DNA of 64,000 nt, from the IMG/VR virus record IMGVR_UViG_3300033163_000174; one strand, 5' to 3'. Source of the DNA: an uncultured virus (IMG/VR IMGVR_UViG_3300033163_000174). Lineage: Duplodnaviria > Heunggongvirae > Uroviricota > Caudoviricetes. The notes under the pieces were generated by a model that made no database searches, was not told where the DNA came from, and was given only the letters and a program-made list of their open reading frames with translations. This document shows, one piece after another, positions 58,339 to 64,000 of the stretch. The stretch's first letter is position 1, and each line of letters opens with the position of its first letter. A program made the translations under genes and the position numbers.

Positions 58339-61300
58339 TTGGAAAGAAAAACAGTGGAAGTGCTGTGGCCTTCAGTGAAGGAAGAGACAGTTGAGAAAAA
58401 AAGTGAAAAGTTAAGGGTTGCTGCCTATTGTAGGGCGAGCGATATTTATGGCGATGACAAAAGGAGTTCTTTAGAAAACCAGATGGATTATTACTCAAAG
58501 TACATCCTCCAACATGAAGATTATAAACTGGTAGGCATTTACTACGATAGTGGCGTTTCAGGCATGACTGTACAAAAAAGACCTGGATTTAAAAGACTTA
58601 TTAGACATTGCCTTGAAGGCCGAATTGATGTAGTAATAACAAAGAGCATCTCAAGGTTTTCTAGAAACTCCAAAGATTTGCTTGAAACTGTAGAGTTATT
58701 AAAAGAACATAATATTACTGTAATATTCGAGAAAGAAAAAATTGACTCCATGAAAACAAGGAACAAGTTTTTTCTTACAGCGTTATCAGCTGTTTATCAG
58801 CAAGAGTCATTAGAGATATCAGCAAATAATAAATTGAGTGCTGAAAACAGGAATAAAATGGGCAGACCGATTTTCCGAAACCAGTATGGTTATCGAGTGG
58901 TTGAAATTGATGGAAGGAAGACTTTTGAGATTGTTGATGAAGAAGCAAGGGCGATTAAATATATATACAAAAGATTTCTTGAAGGTAACAGTACAACAAA
59001 AATTGCATTAGAACTCACAGAAAGTGGTATTAGAACGCCATCTGGCAATGAAATATGGCGAGGTACAAGCATTAAAAATATCCTTACGAACAACAATTAT
59101 TTGGGGGACCGGTTAACCAATGAGTATGTAAGTTTGTTAATGGAAAGAAGATACATTCGCAATGAAGGGCAGGAAAATCGGTATTATATTAAGAATACTC
59201 ATCCTGCTATTATTGATGAAGAAGCATTTCATAAGGTGCAAGAAATGTTAGAAAGTAAGCAAGTGACCAGTAAACCTCCTATGAAGAATTATCCACTTTC
59301 AAAGAGAATAATATGTGCTTACTGTGGATGGCCATATTACCATAGCGAAAAAAGAAATAAACATCGTTGGAAATGCGGCTTAAAGGGTGAGCATGCTACT
59401 TTATGTGAGTCAAACTCTTTAGTGGAAACGACACTAAATGAAATGATGAAGCGGGCCTTGGATGAAAGATATGATTTTCAGAAACCAGGTGCTCTCAAAC
59501 GATTAAAACAGGATCTTGAACGCCTTAATAATAACGACCGGTTTGAACTTCATCGGATGAGCAATTTGATGAGTCTACTATCAGCAAAGGAAGAGTTGGC
59601 CATTTCAGAAGGAATAGAGAGAGACCTATTGATAGCAAAGGTGGAAAAAATAGAAAGTGAAATTCTAGCCTTTGAAGATTTAGCTTCAAAGATTGAAGAA
59701 GATAGAGTGTACAGAGAAAATGCCGTAGAAATGATTGTAAAGAGCAAGACTTTAGAAGACTTTATTAAGTCTTTAGACGCATCAATTCTACGGGCTTGGA
59801 TTATGGAAATTAGTGTATTGACTAAGAATGATTTTAAAGTAAGGTGGTTAGATGATTCCTACGAAGAACTGGGTGACTATATTTCCATTAAGGAGAAAAG
59901 AAGTTTTAAGCTTAGCGAATCAAAAAAACAAAAGGCAGGAATAAGTATTTTTAGAGAAGTTGATAAAGAGCCTATCGAAGATAAAAAGACTGAGAAAAGA
60001 GATGATGAAAGGAGGAGTGAAGAAGTGGAAATCATCGAGATTCAAAATAAACCTTCCACAGAACTTATAGATAAAATAAAGAAAAAATATAAAGAGAGCG
60101 CCACAGACATTTTAAAAATAGAACCGAAAAAAACTAAGAAGAAAACTAGGGTAGGGGTATATGCAAGAGTCAGCACCAGAGAACCAGATCAATTGGGGTC
60201 CTTAGAAGCTCAGGTCGCTTATTATACTTTTGCTTTGCTAAAGGACCCAAATAATCAGTTAGTGAGGATCTATGCAGACGAAGGTGTTTCAGGCACCAAT
60301 GCAAAAAAACGATCAGGATTTCAGAAAATGATTAAAGACTGCGAAAATGGGAAAATCGATAGGATAGTAACTAAATCAATATCAAGGTTTGCTAGGAATA
60401 CTGTCGATGCCTTAGAGTATGTCAGAAAGTTAAAAGAGTATAAAGTTTCCATCTATTTTGAGAAAGAAGGAATCGATACGGCAAAAGAAGACGGAGAAGT
60501 GCTTTTAACTGTGTACAGTGCCTTAGCTCAAGAAGAATCAAGAAGCCTTGGGGAGAGTATTTCTTGGGGTAAAAAGGCACTGGCTAAAAGAGGCATAGTA
60601 AGACATAATGCCAGAACTTATGGCTACGATTTCAATAAAGACCGGAGTTGGTACATTGTTGAAGAAGAGGCGAAAGTAGTTAGATCGATCTTTGAGCGGT
60701 ATATAAATGGAATAAGGACACCTCAGATTAGCAGGGATTTAACGATAGAAGGAATACCGACTATGAAGGAGGGATCTTCGTGGGATGCAAAGAGGATAAG
60801 TACTATACTCAATAACATAAGTTATACAGGAGACCTTCTCTATCAGAAAAACTATACAAAGGATACTTTTACAAGCAGATCAAAACAGAACTTTGGTGAG
60901 GTCCCCCAGCTATTGATTGAAGATCACCACCCTGCGATTGTTGATAAAGCAATTTGGTATAAAGCGCAAAGTATCATGGAGAAAAGAAGAAATCCTAAAA
61001 CGAATAGCAAAAGAAGTCATGATAAGGAAGAATTCTTTTCAAGGTTTATTTGCTCGAATTGTGGAAATTTTTATGCCCATGTGCTTTTGGTAACAAAACA
61101 TAAGTGGAGATGCAAAGCTTCTTTAAAGAAAGAACCATTAGCTTGTTGCGATGCTGGATATATTGAAGAACCGGAGATTATAAAACAATTTATGAAAATG
61201 CTAATTGAATGTAAAAAAGACAGTAGTTTTAAATCTCTTATCGAAGAAAAAATTGAAGAAAAAAGTTTAACAAGAAATGAAAAACAGCTATTGTCTTATT

Positions 61301-61638
61301 TGGAGGAAGAGATTCAAAAGAGATATCAAGAGCTATACAAAGTAGTGGAGGCTGGAGGAAAATCAGGGGAAGATACTGTAGAAATTAAAAAGCATACAGA
61401 CGGAATAATGGCAGTACAAGATAAAATTAATGAGATTATAGATAAAGAGGATGAGTATAAATTCCTTGTAGAGGAGAAGGAATGGCTCATGAAAGAGCTA
61501 GATAACCTTCCTGATAAGAAGAAATTGGATTATAGAAATGACATCTTCAAAAGAATAATAAAAGACGGTGTCATTTCATCTGATAACATTATTACTTTTA
61601 ATCTAATATTTGGCATATCCAAAACTGCCAGCAAATAG
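58339..61638 (+). CDS. Tandem double large serine recombinase
   Basis: Two units: YCRAS..SRFSRN..CAYCG and YARVST..SRFARN..CSNCG (second starts near 60150). Confidence 0.88.
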   Translation: MERKTVEVLWPSVKEETVEKKSEKLRVAAYCRASDIYGDDKRSSLENQMDYYSKYILQHEDYKLVGIYYDSGVSGMTVQKRPGFKRLIRHCLEGRIDVVITKSISRFSRNSKDLLETVELLKEHNITVIFEKEKIDSMKTRNKFFLTALSAVYQQESLEISANNKLSAENRNKMGRPIFRNQYGYRVVEIDGRKTFEIVDEEARAIKYIYKRFLEGNSTTKIALELTESGIRTPSGNEIWRGTSIKNILTNNNYLGDRLTNEYVSLLMERRYIRNEGQENRYYIKNTHPAIIDEEAFHKVQEMLESKQVTSKPPMKNYPLSKRIICAYCGWPYYHSEKRNKHRWKCGLKGEHATLCESNSLVETTLNEMMKRALDERYDFQKPGALKRLKQDLERLNNNDRFELHRMSNLMSLLSAKEELAISEGIERDLLIAKVEKIESEILAFEDLASKIEEDRVYRENAVEMIVKSKTLEDFIKSLDASILRAWIMEISVLTKNDFKVRWLDDSYEELGDYISIKEKRSFKLSESKKQKAGISIFREVDKEPIEDKKTEKRDDERRSEEVEIIEIQNKPSTELIDKIKKKYKESATDILKIEPKKTKKKTRVGVYARVSTREPDQLGSLEAQVAYYTFALLKDPNNQLVRIYADEGVSGTNAKKRSGFQKMIKDCENGKIDRIVTKSISRFARNTVDALEYVRKLKEYKVSIYFEKEGIDTAKEDGEVLLTVYSALAQEESRSLGESISWGKKALAKRGIVRHNARTYGYDFNKDRSWYIVEEEAKVVRSIFERYINGIRTPQISRDLTIEGIPTMKEGSSWDAKRISTILNNISYTGDLLYQKNYTKDTFTSRSKQNFGEVPQLLIEDHHPAIVDKAIWYKAQSIMEKRRNPKTNSKRSHDKEEFFSRFICSNCGNFYAHVLLVTKHKWRCKASLKKEPLACCDAGYIEEPEIIKQFMKMLIECKKDSSFKSLIEEKIEEKSLTRNEKQLLSYLEEEIQKRYQELYKVVEAGGKSGEDTVEIKKHTDGIMAVQDKINEIIDKEDEYKFLVEEKEWLMKELDNLPDKKKLDYRNDIFKRIIKDGVISSDNIITFNLIFGISKTASK

Positions 61639-61648
61639 TCAAAACTAA

Positions 61649-61702
61649 AACCCACTGAGTCGCCTGATAGAAGTCATCAAGCTACTTGGTGGGTTATTTT
61701 TT
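61649..61702 (+). terminator. Terminator-like hairpin after recombinases
   Basis: AACCCACTGAGT / ACTTGGTGGGTT followed by ATTTTTT. Confidence 0.65.
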
Positions 61703-61759
61703 ATTTCAAACAAACGGAGCGAAAACGGAAATGGTTCCGAATGTTGGATGGTTAATCAC

Positions 61760-61910
61760 TTTTTAATAATGGAACGATTTTCTTTACAAATAGAGAATAA
61801 CGTGCTAAAATTAAAAAAAGATGAATATTGGCGTTAGAAACGGGCATAATGTTTTAATAATGGAACGTTATTCTTTGAATATGGAGAAAAACATTCCAAA
61901 AGTAAAAAAA
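61760..61910 (+). promoter_or_regulatory. Promoter and duplicated operator region of second abiE locus
   Basis: TTTACA(61783)-17 bp-TAAAAT(61806); TTTTAATAATGGAACG twice; imperfect inverted repeat. Confidence 0.65.
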
Positions 61911-61922
61911 GAGGTGAGGAAC

Positions 61923-62687
61923 GTGAATGTCTATACTGAACTAGCGAAATATCCTGTTTTCTCCATAGAAGATGTTAAGAAGCTTACTGGAAATGAGAAA
62001 ACAGCTTATTCTCAGATGGACCGTCTAATGAAAAAGGGGCTTGTCAAAAAGATACGAAAAAATATCTACTCTGTAGTCAATCCAACAACAGGACAGGTAG
62101 TAGCTACTCGATATCAAATAGCCTGTGCCATAACTGACACTGCCTATATCTCTCACCACAGTGCCTTTGAATATTATGGCCTAGCGAATCAAGTGTATTA
62201 TGAGGTCTATGTTTCATCAGAAAATAAGTTTAATCATTTTGAATATGATAATGTAACCTACAAATATGTCGCTTCTAGAATGCAAGATGGAGTAGTGGAA
62301 GCTAAAAATACCACCGGTGTTAGAATGACAGATTTAGAGAGAACTGTGGTGGACAGCATAAGAGATTTCAATAAAATAGGCGGCTTTGAAGAGCTGCTCA
62401 ATTGCCTAGAAGGAATCCATTACCTAGATGAAAAAAAGCTAAAACACTATCTTTCTATATATGATACCCAGGGGCTTTATCAAAGAGTAGGATATCTTTT
62501 GGACCATTACAGAAAAGAGATGCAGCTTTCAACAGAGTTTATAGATTATTGTAAAAGCAAGATAGGAAAGAGTAGAAGGTACCTGGTTAGTGATTTAAAA
62601 GAAGAAAGCTATTATAACAACGAGTGGGAACTGATGGTACCGGAAGGGCTATTTGAAATAAATCAAGGAGGCGATATACTTGTCTAA
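61923..62687 (+). CDS. AbiEi-like antitoxin/transcriptional regulator
   Basis: N-terminal wHTH, YISHHSAFEYYG, TDLERTVVD; GTG start after GAGGTGAGG. Confidence 0.8.
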   Translation: MNVYTELAKYPVFSIEDVKKLTGNEKTAYSQMDRLMKKGLVKKIRKNIYSVVNPTTGQVVATRYQIACAITDTAYISHHSAFEYYGLANQVYYEVYVSSENKFNHFEYDNVTYKYVASRMQDGVVEAKNTTGVRMTDLERTVVDSIRDFNKIGGFEELLNCLEGIHYLDEKKLKHYLSIYDTQGLYQRVGYLLDHYRKEMQLSTEFIDYCKSKIGKSRRYLVSDLKEESYYNNEWELMVPEGLFEINQGGDILV

Positions 62688-63621
62688 TTACGATATTATA
62701 TATTTAGGGAAAAAAGCAGAGGAGCTTGGCTTTGTCAGGGATACATTAGAAAAGGTGACAAGACTTGCAGATATTTTGGAGTATCTTAATACAAATCCAA
62801 TCTTAAAGGATAGTCTCGCATTAAAGGGTGGGACTGCCATAAATCTTACCATTTTTAATTTACCCCGTCTCTCGGTAGATATAGATTTGGATTATTTAAT
62901 TACCAACAGCAGAGAAGAAATGCTTGAGAGCAGAGAAGTCATTAACACTACCATTGATCGCTATATGGTCTCCCAGGGATATTCAAAAAATCCTAAGACG
63001 AAGAATCCCCATAGCCTTGATTCTTGGGTTTATGATTACCTGGGAGCCAGTGGGAATAGAGATAACATTAAAATTGAAATCAACTACTCTCTGAGATCTC
63101 ATGTACTTGAAGCCGAGGAAAGACCAATCATCACTGAGCATTTCTCAAGTGAATACAAGGTGAAGTCCTTAGCTCCAATTGAGATATATGGAAGTAAGAT
63201 AAATGCACTATTAAGTAGAGCTGCAGCTAGAGATTTATATGATGCTAGAAATATGATCCACTTTGGGCTGTTTGACGAATCGGAAGAAGAATTGCTGAGA
63301 AAGTGCGTTGTATTCTATGCTGCAGTATCTGCTAAAGACATTAATAAGACCTTTGACACCAAGGCTATAGATTCCATCACCCAAAGAAAAATTAAAACGG
63401 ATCTCCTTCCAGTAATTAAAAGAAAAGATGATTTTGAGCTGGAATCAGCTAAGAAGCTTGTCAAAGAGTACATTTCTGATTTGATGGTTCTTACAAAGGA
63501 AGAGAAGGAATTCCTGGATAGATTTGAAAATGGAGAATACGCTCCTGAACTCTTATTTGATGATAAAGAGATTCTGGACCGTATAAAGAATCATCCGATG
63601 GCCATATGGAAAACTAGATAA
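62680..63621 (+). CDS. AbiEii/AbiGii family nucleotidyltransferase toxin
   Basis: LKGGTAIN, RLSVDIDL, KIEIN, RAAARDLYD. Confidence 0.88.
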   Translation: MSNYDIIYLGKKAEELGFVRDTLEKVTRLADILEYLNTNPILKDSLALKGGTAINLTIFNLPRLSVDIDLDYLITNSREEMLESREVINTTIDRYMVSQGYSKNPKTKNPHSLDSWVYDYLGASGNRDNIKIEINYSLRSHVLEAEERPIITEHFSSEYKVKSLAPIEIYGSKINALLSRAAARDLYDARNMIHFGLFDESEEELLRKCVVFYAAVSAKDINKTFDTKAIDSITQRKIKTDLLPVIKRKDDFELESAKKLVKEYISDLMVLTKEEKEFLDRFENGEYAPELLFDDKEILDRIKNHPMAIWKTR

Positions 63622-63628
63622 ATCATGT

Positions 63629-63700
63629 AACCCGCCTAGATAGAATCTAGCTTCGGAAAAATGCCGAGCTTAGAGAGCATCTGAGCGGGTTATTTATTTG
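63629..63700 (+). terminator. Long hairpin after the toxin gene
   Basis: AACCCGC.TAGAT..AGCTTCGG / CCGAGCT..ATCTG.GCGGGTT. Confidence 0.55.
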
Positions 63701-63702
63701 CT

Positions 63703-63786
63703 TATATAATAGAAGGAACTTGAAACTTAAGTACATATATAATAGAAGAAACTCCAAATTCAAATCACTATATAATAGAAGGAACT
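63703..63786. repeat. Three 18-bp direct repeats at 33-bp period
   Basis: TATATAATAGAAG(G/A)AACT at 63703, 63736, 63769. Confidence 0.9.
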
Positions 63787-64000
63787 CGTTTATACATGCT
63801 GATGTATAAGCATTTTAGAAGAACAAAACTAAAATAAGAAACGCTCAATAAAGAGTATATATGAATCAAGATTACAGCTCATCGCATTGTGGTGGGCTTA
63901 TTTTTTTGTGCTTTTTTTGAGGAATTTCAAGATAGAGGCCTTTATTCGGGAGCATATAGCATAGTCAGAGCAGCAAAATCGGAATAAAAATGTACTAATT

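Larger units (their letters stand above)
12050..61700 (+). mobile_element. HK97-like siphoviral prophage (boundaries approximate)
   Basis: Ordered regulation, replication, packaging, head, tail, lysis and serine recombinase modules; att sites not located. Confidence 0.9.

Noticed and set aside
63703..63786. CRISPR-like repeat-spacer pattern
   Set aside because: 18-bp repeats and 15-bp spacers are too short and non-palindromic; no cas genes
6332..64000. attL/attR direct repeats delimiting the prophage
   Set aside because: No convincing shared core found by eye; serine recombinase cores are very short and need an empty-site comparison

Overview
Low-GC Firmicutes (Clostridia-like) DNA with essentially all genes on the + strand. 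1-6.3 kb: end of a Wzx/Wzy surface-polysaccharide locus (UDP-6-deoxy-L-HexNAc pathway, glycosyltransferase, flippase). 6.5-12 kb: accessory/defence stretch with a two-gene CBASS-like pair (SMODS nucleotidyltransferase + multi-TM effector) and unknown genes. ~12-61.7 kb: apparently intact HK97-type siphoviral prophage. It runs from an ImmA-XRE-X-ImmA regulatory module, Zn-ribbon and sigma-like regulators, antirepressor and phage-borne metK through PolA/SSB/VirE primase/SNF2 replication genes, an iteron-rich origin, a RinA/ArpU-type late activator, two DNA methyltransferases, an intein-containing terminase, head/tail and lysis genes to three large serine recombinases. A second AbiE toxin-antitoxin pair follows. 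Main observations: an XRE-ImmA-PIN moron flanked by perfect 39-bp direct repeats; a nested alternative-frame ORF in a multi-TRD C5 methyltransferase; a shared palindromic operator linking the repressor promoter to a 57-bp tandem repeat; two families of fixed-spacing promoter-like motifs; a class 3 intein; a decayed abiEi duplicate. All family assignments are by motif recognition, without database searches; att sites were not identified.
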